From an uncultured virus (IMG/VR IMGVR_UViG_3300032092_000020) (Duplodnaviria; Heunggongvirae; Uroviricota; Caudoviricetes), in IMG/VR virus record IMGVR_UViG_3300032092_000020: a stretch of DNA of 20,000 nt; one strand, 5' to 3'. A program made the position numbers and the translations under genes. This document shows, in pieces, positions 8,153-16,216 of the stretch; the stretch's first letter is position 1; every line of letters starts with the position of its first letter. The notes below the pieces were generated by a model. That model was not told the DNA's origin. It saw only the letters and a list, made by a program, of their open reading frames with translations, and did no database searches.

Positions 8153-8776
8153 ATGACCGGACGCGTATTCTTTACCGCGGATCAGCACTTTGGACACAAG
8201 AACATCATCGAGTTCTGTGCTCGACCGTTCGAGGACGTTGATCACATGAACGCGGCGCTGCAAGACAACTGGAACCGCACTGTCCACCCCGACGACACTG
8301 TGTTCGTGCTGGGTGACTTCGCCATGGGCAAGATCGACAGGACGCTCCAGATCGTCCGACGCCTCAACGGTACGAAGTTCCTGGTCGCAGGTAACCACGA
8401 CCGCTGCTGGTCACCGCTTCGCAAGTCGGAGCAGTGGGCCCAGACCTATCTGGATGCAGGCTTTGACGACGTCATCAACCTGCTCCCAGGGACGACACTC
8501 AGTGTCGGAGAAGATCTCGTGGCGAACCACTTCCCCTACCAGGGGGATAGCCAGGAAGGCGACCGCTACCAGGAATGGCGTCCTCGTGACACTGGCGCCG
8601 TTCTGCTGCACGGTCACGTCCACACAGCGTGGAAGTGGTGCACCCGACAGATCAACGTCGGTGTCGACGTATGGGACTACCGCCCGGTGGCGCTCGATAC
8701 CATCAAGAAGATCATGCCATTCACGCGGGACCCCCGCGTGACGATACACGACACCGAAGGAGAACTCTGTGGGTAA
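8153..8776 (+). CDS. Calcineurin-like metallophosphoesterase
   Basis: Motifs DQHFGH, VLGD, GNHD, NHFP and LHGHVH. AAGGAG RBS. Confidence 0.92.
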   Translation: MTGRVFFTADQHFGHKNIIEFCARPFEDVDHMNAALQDNWNRTVHPDDTVFVLGDFAMGKIDRTLQIVRRLNGTKFLVAGNHDRCWSPLRKSEQWAQTYLDAGFDDVINLLPGTTLSVGEDLVANHFPYQGDSQEGDRYQEWRPRDTGAVLLHGHVHTAWKWCTRQINVGVDVWDYRPVALDTIKKIMPFTRDPRVTIHDTEGELCG

Positions 8777-8999
8777 GCGATCGACGCACAAGCGAGCCAA
8801 GGAGCGTCGAGAGACGCACGTCCAGGATGCCATCACGACTCTGTCGCAGTACGACTGGGATGTGACGCTCCAGGACGGCAAGGTCGGCAAGGAAGGGGAG
8901 GAGCAGGACGTTGTCCGCGTCCTGCTCATCTCTCCCTGGCAGCCGAAGGAACTCCTCAGTCACCCGACGCATGGCCTTATGCCGGAGAGTGCTCAGTGA
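8769..8999 (+). CDS. Hypothetical protein (76 aa)
   Basis: AAGGAG RBS before the GTG start; overlaps its neighbours by 8 and 4 nt. Confidence 0.7.
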   Translation: MGKRSTHKRAKERRETHVQDAITTLSQYDWDVTLQDGKVGKEGEEQDVVRVLLISPWQPKELLSHPTHGLMPESAQ

Positions 9000-9247
9000 G
9001 TATCGTCTGGCTGCAAAAACGCAGCGAACCCGTCCCTGCTGTCCAGTGGGACGGCTACAACGCCAAGGACATCTTCGATATCACCGAGGGAGAGTTTGTC
9101 CTCGAGGTCAGTGAAGACGAGTCTGCCGCCGTCAGCGGTCTACTCATTGCTGGCGAGGTCCCGCTCGGCCACTTCGTCTTGCTGACCGCGGAGGGCTGGA
9201 TCCCCGCCTCGCCCGAGTACATCAGGAGCCACTATGACGCTCTCTGA
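8996..9247 (+). CDS. Hypothetical phage protein (83 aa)
   Basis: GTGA coupling; the AVQWDGxN motif is typical of small phage proteins. Confidence 0.75.
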   Translation: MSIVWLQKRSEPVPAVQWDGYNAKDIFDITEGEFVLEVSEDESAAVSGLLIAGEVPLGHFVLLTAEGWIPASPEYIRSHYDAL

Positions 9248-9953
9248 TGACTTCTCCCTCACCATGGTCCCGAGGATTACGGTTGATCTCGTGGACTCTA
9301 TGGGCAATGACCTTGCCGTCGTGAAGTCGGCTCGGGTTTCAACCGTTGGAGCGGACGCGGAGAACAGCGAGGAATCTGCTGGTCTCATCAACTTCCTGAT
9401 GAAGGGGAGGCACGGGACCCCGTTCGAGCACAACTCGATGACGTTCCGCGTAACCGCCCCAATCTTCGTCTGGCGTGAGCACCACCGTCATCGGATTGGC
9501 GTTTCGTACAACGAGGAGAGCGGGCGTTATAAGCAGTTGGACCCTGTGTTCTACTACCCGGCCCCCGAGCGCAACCTTGTGCAGCAGGGCAAGCCAGGTG
9601 CGTACGAGTTCGTTCCTGGGGACGTGGAGCAGCAGAGCCTCGTTCTGCAACATCTGGCTGACAACTCGTGGGCCTCTTACGATCGCTACCAGCAGATGCT
9701 TGACGCCGGGATTGCGCGCGAGGTTGCACGCATGTGCCTCCCCGTCAACATCATGTCCACGTGCTACGTCACGTTCAACGCGCGCTCCCTGATGCACTTC
9801 TTGTCCCTGCGGACCAAGGACGAGAACAGCACTTTTCCCTCGTTCCCTCAGCGTGAGATCGAGATGGTGGCTGAGCAGTACGAGAAGATCTTTGCCGATC
9901 TCTTCCCGATCACCTACAGGACCTTTGTTGACAACGGTCGCGTGGCCCCGTAG
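9234..9953 (+). CDS. thyX: FAD-dependent thymidylate synthase
   Basis: HGTPFEH, the signature RHR-x7-S (RHRIGVSYNEES) followed by GRY, EVARMCLP, NARSLMHFLSLR and QREI. Confidence 0.97.
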   Translation: MTLSDDFSLTMVPRITVDLVDSMGNDLAVVKSARVSTVGADAENSEESAGLINFLMKGRHGTPFEHNSMTFRVTAPIFVWREHHRHRIGVSYNEESGRYKQLDPVFYYPAPERNLVQQGKPGAYEFVPGDVEQQSLVLQHLADNSWASYDRYQQMLDAGIAREVARMCLPVNIMSTCYVTFNARSLMHFLSLRTKDENSTFPSFPQREIEMVAEQYEKIFADLFPITYRTFVDNGRVAP

Positions 9954-9956
9954 AGT
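9928..9956 (+). promoter_or_regulatory. SigA-type promoter, probably leaderless transcript
   Basis: TTGACA (9928-9933), 17 nt, TAGAGT (9951-9956), 6 nt, then ATG 9963 with no RBS. Confidence 0.75.
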
Positions 9957-9962
9957 GCCCCC

Positions 9963-10406
9963 ATGACCGCCACCAAGAAGACTCCAGAAGAGATCGGCCT
10001 CAAGCGCAACAATCGCCGAGAGGTTGGCCCTGCCCAGAAAGGCTTCAAGGAGCGCGGACACTACGGTGTGTCACGTGCTGACGCCTTCGAGGCGGGTGAC
10101 TACATCCTGTTCGTCGCGGCCAACGCGATGCGCTGGCTACTCGACGACCCGTACACCGGAGTGAGTCTGCACTACCTCCAGGCGTACATCGATGTGCACG
10201 GAGGGGACTACGACAGCGCACACGACCCCGCGCTGGCCAAGTGGCGAGCAGACGTTGAGAAGCACGCCGACATCTTCATGCGCTACTGGGAGGGGGACGC
10301 CTGGGATGATCCCAAGCACGTCAAGGAGTTTGGAGGAGTTCTCGAGTCCGAGTTGCGCGAGTCGCTCGACTGGCTCCGTGAGAACATCCTTGCTCTCTGG
10401 ACCTAG
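9963..10406 (+). CDS. Hypothetical phage protein (147 aa)
   Basis: Coding-like GC3 bias and its own promoter; last gene of the + arm. Confidence 0.8.
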   Translation: MTATKKTPEEIGLKRNNRREVGPAQKGFKERGHYGVSRADAFEAGDYILFVAANAMRWLLDDPYTGVSLHYLQAYIDVHGGDYDSAHDPALAKWRADVEKHADIFMRYWEGDAWDDPKHVKEFGGVLESELRESLDWLRENILALWT

Positions 10407-10411
10407 AACTT

Positions 10412-10532
10412 CCTCAGCCGAGTAACGGCGTCAGGGGTGACGCTGGCTGAGGTGGGACCACCGGGGAAGGTGGCCCGCGTGATCCGGGGGCTCGAGGTAA
10501 AACATATATCGGGCCTCGAGCCTCTGGGTCAC
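10412..10532 (+). ncRNA. Three contiguous stem-loops: structured RNA element and/or terminator
   Basis: Stems at 10412-10452, 10453-10477 and a 19-bp stem 10479-10497/10514-10532. Non-Watson-Crick positions are G-U on the + strand. Confidence 0.5.
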
Positions 10533-10942
10533 TCTTGTGTCAGATACGCGACGAGATCAGGATTGTCCCGGAGCACAGATAGCACGAGCGGCGAGGTAAA
10601 TCGGATCACCTGCTCCTCGATACTCATCTCGCGGTCCTCGTCGTCTTCGCTCGCCATATTCATCCAGCCAAACGGATTGCCTGCTACGTAGTACGCCGCG
10701 TGCATCGTTTCGTGTAGCAGCGTCTCGCGCTCAACCATCGGCGGTAGGTTGGGTCGGATGTAGATGGTCAGCCCCGCAGTGCGGTGCGTGAACCCCGCGA
10801 GAAGCGCTCCCCGCTCAACGTGGTCCTTGTTGTCGATCATCTCGCTGACATTCGCGTAGTACTCTTCACCACCGCGGACCACCCGCCAGACGTATCCGTT
10901 GATCTCGATCGTCTCGGGCAGCGGGATCTTTTTGGGGGCCAT
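10529..10942 (-). CDS. HExxH zinc metallopeptidase-like protein (ImmA/IrrE-like fold)
   Basis: IYIRPNL...RETLLHETMHA, with a downstream EEQV as a possible third ligand. Confidence 0.75.
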   Translation of the reverse strand: MAPKKIPLPETIEINGYVWRVVRGGEEYYANVSEMIDNKDHVERGALLAGFTHRTAGLTIYIRPNLPPMVERETLLHETMHAAYYVAGNPFGWMNMASEDDEDREMSIEEQVIRFTSPLVLSVLRDNPDLVAYLTQE

Positions 10943-10948
10943 GCCCCT

Positions 10949-10957
10949 AGTCTAGCA
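10949..10957 (-). promoter_or_regulatory. Extended -10 promoter, leaderless
   Basis: The minus strand reads TGc-TAGACT-aggggc-ATG. Confidence 0.6.
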
Positions 10958-11371
10958 ACCCACCCGTGTCTGTACGTGAAAGTAGACTTTCGGATTAAAC
11001 AGCCTGACGACTTCTTCGATCGAGTAGATCGGGTACACAGGGGAGAACGTGACGAGCGCAGGGGCCTCCAGACGGGAGAATGCGCCTAAGAGGGTGTCTC
11101 CGTGTGCCACGAGCACGAACGCGCCGCAGGCGGGCGTACAGCGCGTCTCAGCAGCATTCTCGATCAGCAGAGGCGCGAGGTGGTCAAACGTGATCAGGAA
11201 GGGCCCTAGTGAGGGGTCCGTAGGAACCTCAACCGCGTACTCCTGCCCCCTGGGCTCCCGTTCTCTAACTTTCGCCGGATGCCCACTTGAACAGGTCGAT
11301 GTCTGACTGGTCCCAGGTATCCTCGACTCGTTGTTCGAGATCGACGGCTGCCCGATCGAGATAGTGCTCAA
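10952..11371 (-). CDS. Hypothetical protein, start uncertain
   Basis: The open frame fills the ~310-nt gap between whiB and the peptidase gene. The only canonical start covering the whole gap is TTG 11371, which lies inside whiB. Confidence 0.4.
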   Translation of the reverse strand: MSTISIGQPSISNNESRIPGTSQTSTCSSGHPAKVREREPRGQEYAVEVPTDPSLGPFLITFDHLAPLLIENAAETRCTPACGAFVLVAHGDTLLGAFSRLEAPALVTFSPVYPIYSIEEVVRLFNPKVYFHVQTRVGC

Positions 11372-11660
11372 CCGAAGGTACTTCCGTCCCCGCCCGAGAT
11401 GCTTTTGTTCGCTCTCTTTGCGCCTTGCGAAGAGCGGAAACGGTGAGCCCTCCCCAGATTCCGTAGTGCTCGCCGGTCTTGAGCGCGGTAGCGAGGCATT
11501 GAGCCTTGACTGGGCACTCCCGTAGACAGATCTTTCGGGCCGCGAGACTGTGCTCCCCGGGCTCCGGGAACCACTCGTCTGGGTCTACGCATCGAACACG
11601 CTCGCGCCAGTAGGGATCGTCATCGATCACCCTCTCGAGGTCGCCGTTATCGCTAATCAT
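11265..11660 (-). CDS. whiB: WhiB family Fe-S transcription factor
   Basis: Four Cys (RCVDPDEWFP...KICLRECPVKAQC) and GIWGG. ATGA coupling with ruvC sets the start at 11660. Confidence 0.93.
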   Translation of the reverse strand: MISDNGDLERVIDDDPYWRERVRCVDPDEWFPEPGEHSLAARKICLRECPVKAQCLATALKTGEHYGIWGGLTVSALRKAQRERTKASRAGTEVPSVEHYLDRAAVDLEQRVEDTWDQSDIDLFKWASGES

Positions 11661-12130
11661 ACAGGTACAACTCCCTGACCAGACCAGCCGGTCGTAAGTA
11701 GTCGGTAGACGGCGTGGCGCGTAGCATCGTTGGCGTGGCCCGCTCCGCCCTTGTGCCACAGCCCGCCAGCGCGCAGCATGTCGTTGGTGACGAGGCGCTT
11801 GGCTTGGGCAGGGGTTTGCTCGATGAAGGGAACCCGATGCTGGGCGGCTAGGTAGTCTGCGACACCGAGCAGCCGAAGCGACCACGGGCTCTGTGACTTC
11901 TTGGCGGTCTCGATCGTGATGATGAATGTCTCTGCGACGAGTTCTACGTTCGGGATCCCCTCGGTCTGGATGAGCGCGGACTCCAGCCAGTGCCAGGTGT
12001 GCTCGACGTCCAGTTCATGGCTCTCGACCAGTTCCACCTCATGCGACCCTACTGGGCCCGTGAGCGTGACGATTGAGCAGCCTGACGAGAGCCCAGGATC
12101 GAGGGCGATGATGAGACGGTCAGTGGACAT
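11657..12130 (-). CDS. ruvC: RuvC-like Holliday junction resolvase
   Basis: IIALDPGLSSG, LVAETF and HANDATRH give an RNase H-fold catalytic pattern. Start is 12130 (leaderless) or 12139. Confidence 0.8.
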   Translation of the reverse strand: MSTDRLIIALDPGLSSGCSIVTLTGPVGSHEVELVESHELDVEHTWHWLESALIQTEGIPNVELVAETFIITIETAKKSQSPWSLRLLGVADYLAAQHRVPFIEQTPAQAKRLVTNDMLRAGGLWHKGGAGHANDATRHAVYRLLTTGWSGQGVVPV

Positions 12131-12175
12131 GCTACGCATGTTAGCGCAAATCCACCATAAGCGTCGCCTCCGGAC

Positions 12176-13972
12176 CTACTTCTGCCAGCGATCCAGCGGA
12201 CCTTCGGATTCGGCGAGGATGTCGACTTTGTAGTCGGTGGTGTTCTTCATCACCTCAGGGATCTCGTGCATCGCATCGGCCACGAGATCGATCGGCATGT
12301 CTACCAGGATCTCGTCGTGGATCGGGAGCAGGAAGTACGGACCGAATCCGGCAGCGTCAAGATCGATCAGTGACTTCTTGAACACCTCGGCGGCGTGGCC
12401 CTGGAGCAGGTAGTTGACCAGCGTGTAGGTCTTTTCGTCGTCGCAGGGGAGGCGGCGACCGTACGGCGTGGTGACGTACCCCTGACCCTCGTATCGCGCA
12501 CGGTCGGCTCCAAGTCCTTCGACTTTCTTCATCATACGACGAAGGCCAGGATACTGGCTGTCGATTCCCTCAGCCACGACCTGCATTTGCTCGAGTGGCA
12601 CGCCCGCGCTGCTCGCCATCTTGGCGACACCGGCCCCGTACGCCTTGCCGTACATGACGTTCTTCACCAGGCTTCGCCGCGGGTCTTTCTTCGAGAACGT
12701 AGGGTCGCCGTAAATCGCTGCACCCATCGCGACGAAGAAGTCTCCGCCGGTAGCGTCGGCCTCGCGGAACGTCTCAATCAGACCAGCGTCGTCAGAGAAG
12801 TGAGCCATGAGGCGCATCTCAATCTGCGAGAAGTCGGTCGAGATCAGCGCGTTTCCCTCACGAGGGATGAACGCGTTGCGGACGAGAGCGGATCCCTTGG
12901 GGACCTGCTGGAGCGCGGGGTTGCCGACGCTCATGCGGCCCGTTCGGGCGCCCATCGTGCGGACCTCAGGGTGGATGATCGCGTCGGAGTCGGCGTAGAG
13001 GAGGAAGTTGCGGAAGTAGGCTTCGGCGGTCTTCCCGCTCTGCCGCATGTCAAGGACGTTCTGCGCCAGCGTCGACAGTTCCGGCTTACTCTGGTCGTTG
13101 ATGAGGAACTGGAGTTGGTCCTTGTCGACCTTCGGCAGGCCCGTATAGGTCCGCGCGGCAATCACCCCGCCGAGTTCTTCGATGAGCCACCCGAGCCGCT
13201 TGGTCGAGGCCAGGTTGATGCCGTAGGTTGCTTCCCCCCACTCGATCATCTCGTCGTGAACCTTGTCCAGACGATCTGCTTGTTGCTCTGAGTACTCGAG
13301 ATCGACGCGGGCTCCGCGGATCTCCATATCGCTCACGATGTGGCGTGTTGCCATCTCGAGATCGTAGATCTGCGAGAACCGACCACCCGGCCCCACGAGC
13401 GGTTGGAACTTGTGGTGGAGGGCAACGGTCAGGACAGGGTCGAGTGCGCCGTACGTCCAGTAGTCAGGGAAGTTGACCGGGATGTCAGCCCATCCCCACT
13501 TGTACTTGTCCATCGCAACCTTGAGCGCGTGCTGCCCAGCGGATGCTCTCCGGTCCAGGTGAGTGTCAGCCAGCGGCTTGAGCGCGGCGCTCTTGCTTGG
13601 ATCAATGACCTGGGCGGCGATCATCGTGTCGTGCGTGCGCTCGAGTGGGAAGCGGTACCCATCTCCGTGGACGGCGAACCAGCGCGCCTCGAAGGCTAAG
13701 TTGTGGAGGATGAACTCCCCAGGCCACGTGTTGAGGACCTCGAGAACCATTCCACGCCACTGCTCGTACGGGATAGCCCAGCCCTGCCTCGTGTCACCAA
13801 ACTGGACCAGGCGGATAGCAGCGCCAACGTCCCAGGCATTCAGGCCTGTACTCTCAATGTCTACACCCAGGCATGACTCAGCATCGCGCGCGAGCCACCT
13901 TTGGAAGTCTCTGGCGTCGTCAAAGTTCTCGACAAGATGGACCTGTACGGCCCGTAGGTTGAAAGCAGTCAT
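12176..13972 (-). CDS. polA: Family A DNA polymerase with 3'-5' exonuclease domain
   Basis: ExoI DIESTG, ExoIII YGALD, RTGRMS..NP.LQQVP, motif A DFSQIEMR, motif B RSLVKNVMYGKAYG and motif C IHDEI. Confidence 0.97.
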   Translation of the reverse strand: MTAFNLRAVQVHLVENFDDARDFQRWLARDAESCLGVDIESTGLNAWDVGAAIRLVQFGDTRQGWAIPYEQWRGMVLEVLNTWPGEFILHNLAFEARWFAVHGDGYRFPLERTHDTMIAAQVIDPSKSAALKPLADTHLDRRASAGQHALKVAMDKYKWGWADIPVNFPDYWTYGALDPVLTVALHHKFQPLVGPGGRFSQIYDLEMATRHIVSDMEIRGARVDLEYSEQQADRLDKVHDEMIEWGEATYGINLASTKRLGWLIEELGGVIAARTYTGLPKVDKDQLQFLINDQSKPELSTLAQNVLDMRQSGKTAEAYFRNFLLYADSDAIIHPEVRTMGARTGRMSVGNPALQQVPKGSALVRNAFIPREGNALISTDFSQIEMRLMAHFSDDAGLIETFREADATGGDFFVAMGAAIYGDPTFSKKDPRRSLVKNVMYGKAYGAGVAKMASSAGVPLEQMQVVAEGIDSQYPGLRRMMKKVEGLGADRARYEGQGYVTTPYGRRLPCDDEKTYTLVNYLLQGHAAEVFKKSLIDLDAAGFGPYFLLPIHDEILVDMPIDLVADAMHEIPEVMKNTTDYKVDILAESEGPLDRWQK

Positions 13973-14008
13973 TATTGTCTCTTTCTGTCGTTTGGGTGAG
14001 GCTAGTGG

Positions 14009-14037
14009 AGCGTATCAGAGTCAGAAGACATTCTCAA
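14009..14037 (-). promoter_or_regulatory. SigA-type promoter for polA
   Basis: Minus-strand TTGAGA (14037-14032), a 17-nt spacer ending TGa, then TACGCT (14014-14009). Confidence 0.65.
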
Positions 14038-14503
14038 CTCGGTAGGCCTTCGCCATCGCCTCGTCGACCTCAGCAGCCTCTTCGAGCAGTTGCTCGGCCA
14101 CATTCGTGAGATAGCGCGCTCCAGACTCGTTGTACTTGTACAGGGCATCAACGACACCGGTCGGGCTCTCGGAAATGGTCGCCCAGTAGCGGGCCATCTC
14201 AACGTAGACCTCCACGTCAGTCGTGGTGGCGGAGGAGGGAGGGTAACACTGGTTGCACGGGACCGACCCATCGCGCAGGGAGAAAATGGTGGTCTTCGGC
14301 GGGCTGTTTCGTGAAACCACTGGACATCCGTACATGTGGTAGACCTTGGTTTGACCCACTCGGGCGAGAACGTAGGATCCGCCCTCTGTCCGGTAGAGGC
14401 TGAACTCCACCCACCGAGGGGACCCCTCGCGATACGATGATGAGAACGCGATGAGCGCCCCCTCGAATCGAAGGACGCGCTTGCCGTTCTGGACCTCGTA
14501 CAC
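14021..14503 (-). CDS. Hypothetical protein with HxxxC...CxxC zinc motif
   Basis: AGGAG RBS before the GTG start; VYHMYGC...VPCNQCYP. Confidence 0.8.
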   Translation of the reverse strand: MYEVQNGKRVLRFEGALIAFSSSYREGSPRWVEFSLYRTEGGSYVLARVGQTKVYHMYGCPVVSRNSPPKTTIFSLRDGSVPCNQCYPPSSATTTDVEVYVEMARYWATISESPTGVVDALYKYNESGARYLTNVAEQLLEEAAEVDEAMAKAYRVENVF

Positions 14504-14524
14504 CAGTGTCTCCTGTCATCGTGA

Positions 14525-14561
14525 CGTATCGCGTCAGTTTAGCAGATACCGCCGCGATACG
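14525..14561 (-). promoter_or_regulatory. Extended -10 (TGcTAAACT) enclosed by a 9-bp inverted repeat
   Basis: CGTATCGCG (14525-14533) and CGCGATACG (14553-14561) flank AGTTTAGCA (14536-14544), between the tail and replication genes. Confidence 0.5.
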
Positions 14562-14567
14562 GACGTG

Positions 14568-14807
14568 TCAGACCACAGGGACCCAGGCGCTCCCATTCCA
14601 GCGCTGCACAGCGTCGGGGGCGACCCAGCCAATCCCGTTCCAATACCGAAGTGGGGCATCCACCCACGCGGTCCCGGTCCAATACTTGACGAGTTGAGGG
14701 ACCTCCACCGTCACATCCCCGACGACCGCGTACTCGTAGGCCTCCCGTCCTGGAACCGCAGTCAGGCCGACGTTGGCTACCGCATACTCATACGCCTCGC
14801 CCGCCAT
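14568..14807 (-). CDS. Small tail-associated protein (79 aa) with Trp repeats
   Basis: EAYEYAV occurs twice and W(T/N)GxxWV three times; last gene of the tail cluster. Confidence 0.7.
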   Translation of the reverse strand: MAGEAYEYAVANVGLTAVPGREAYEYAVVGDVTVEVPQLVKYWTGTAWVDAPLRYWNGIGWVAPDAVQRWNGSAWVPVV

Positions 14808-14811
14808 CAGG

Positions 14812-15711
14812 TCACGTCCAAGACGATGCCTGAGCCCGAACAATCGTGGCCCAAGCGCTCAACGGTTGGGTGCTGCTCCAAGTCCGGCGCAGGGTGATGA
14901 CACCGCTGATAGCCCCAGCCTCTAGGTTCCCAATGTTCTGCGTCGCCGCATACCCCGACCCAATGTCCAGGTCATGCGCGTCGGTGAAGGACGGGGACGA
15001 GTCCGTGGAGTCAACGAGCGAGACTGTGATGCTGTTGGCCGTGAGGGATGCGCTCCGGTTCTTCACCCGGAACGTAGTGGTGGCCGTTGTGGAGCGGGGA
15101 GTGTTGCCCCAATCCAGCGCGGCAGGAGCGAGCCGGACATCAGAGGTCGGATGCCACAGTTCCAGTCGGTCAGTCGCTGCGGTGATTTTGCCGTACAGGT
15201 GTAGCGCCGAGAGCACAGGTTCGCTGGACGAGACTCCCTTGACGACCCCGATGTAGAGGCCCCTGACGGTTGGCGAGGTGGGGACCGCGACCGTACTCAA
15301 CCGCGATTGGGTGGGGTCTTGAAACGACGTGTTCCAGGGGATCGGGTTGAGGCGCTGGGTCCACGTTCCGTCCAGGCCGTTGGTCGTGTCCGGCGACGTG
15401 AACAGGTAGTCGGGGTTCGTGGGGAACCTGGACGGGCCAGTAAGACCCCCTCCTCCGTCCCCCCGGTACGACACAAACACATGGGTCAGTTGCCGATCCT
15501 CGGGGAACACCACACCCAGGCGGGACCAGCCGTTGAAGTCATTCGCGTCGCCCATCTCGACGCCTGTCGCCGTCAGTTCGTCGTTGAGCGTCGCCATCTG
15601 CTCCCCGCTCAACACGTTCACCACATTGGACTGTGAGATGGTGATACCGACAGATCCGTCGAGGTGCCACGCCATCCGATTGTTCGGGAGGTCCGGGTAC
15701 GCGCCAGCCAT
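14812..15711 (-). CDS. Minor tail protein (beta-sandwich, possible receptor-binding)
   Basis: Ser/Thr-rich beta composition, a C-terminal Ig-like segment (LDWGNT..STTATTTFRVKN) and position in the tail cluster. Confidence 0.7.
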   Translation of the reverse strand: MAGAYPDLPNNRMAWHLDGSVGITISQSNVVNVLSGEQMATLNDELTATGVEMGDANDFNGWSRLGVVFPEDRQLTHVFVSYRGDGGGGLTGPSRFPTNPDYLFTSPDTTNGLDGTWTQRLNPIPWNTSFQDPTQSRLSTVAVPTSPTVRGLYIGVVKGVSSSEPVLSALHLYGKITAATDRLELWHPTSDVRLAPAALDWGNTPRSTTATTTFRVKNRSASLTANSITVSLVDSTDSSPSFTDAHDLDIGSGYAATQNIGNLEAGAISGVITLRRTWSSTQPLSAWATIVRAQASSWT

Positions 15712-16205
15712 TAGACGACCTCAATCCAAAGATCGTTGACCGCGGGCGAGGCTGGGGCGGTGCCCGCCACCGTGATCCCTAGATTGCTTCTGGACGTCGC
15801 TTTATTGGCAACGTCGAGCAGGTTGGCGGCGGCCTCGAGATACAAGTCGTTGGTCGCGTCGGTATCGAACCAGAGACCATCGAAGTCGTCGGGGGGAGGC
15901 TCAGGTCCGATGAAAATCTCGCTTCCGCTACTGCCGTCGCCAGTGATCGCACCCTCTCCCCCCTCGATGTTGAGGGTAGAGACGGCTCCCACAGCGACCA
16001 TGCGCTGCCCTTGAACGAGCACGAGGCAGGACTCGCCTGGAGTCGCGGTGAAGTTGTTGGTCTTGAGGACGGTGACCGTGTCTGCCTCGTCTCCCGTCAG
16101 CGTGACCTGAATACGCCGGGTGTCGTCCGGGTCAGCCCCAACGATCCCAGCGAACATCATGCGTGTGAGGCGCGGGTCAGCGATTTCGCGAATCTGCTGT
16201 GTCAT
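15711..16205 (-). CDS. Minor tail protein
   Basis: N-terminal OB-like segment (PGESCLVLVQG) and fibre-type motifs IFIGPEPP...LWFDT and GTAPASPAVNDLWI. Confidence 0.75.
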   Translation of the reverse strand: MTQQIREIADPRLTRMMFAGIVGADPDDTRRIQVTLTGDEADTVTVLKTNNFTATPGESCLVLVQGQRMVAVGAVSTLNIEGGEGAITGDGSSGSEIFIGPEPPPDDFDGLWFDTDATNDLYLEAAANLLDVANKATSRSNLGITVAGTAPASPAVNDLWIEVV

Positions 16206-16216
16206 GTACGTCTGCC

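Noticed and set aside
9339..10061. 240-aa - strand ORF
   Set aside because: Antisense to the unambiguous thyX gene.
10412..10532. tRNA or hammerhead ribozyme identity for the structured element
   Set aside because: No cloverleaf, T-loop GTTC or CUGANGA/GAAA core was found by eye.
10437..10691. 84-aa + strand ORF across the convergence region
   Set aside because: Mostly antisense to the HExxH gene; the region is better explained by RNA structure.
11661..11885. N-terminal extension of the WhiB ORF
   Set aside because: Lies within ruvC; ATGA coupling at 11657-11660 defines the start.
12395..13291. 298-aa + strand ORF
   Set aside because: Antisense shadow of polA, expected from codon bias in high-GC DNA; no motifs or RBS.
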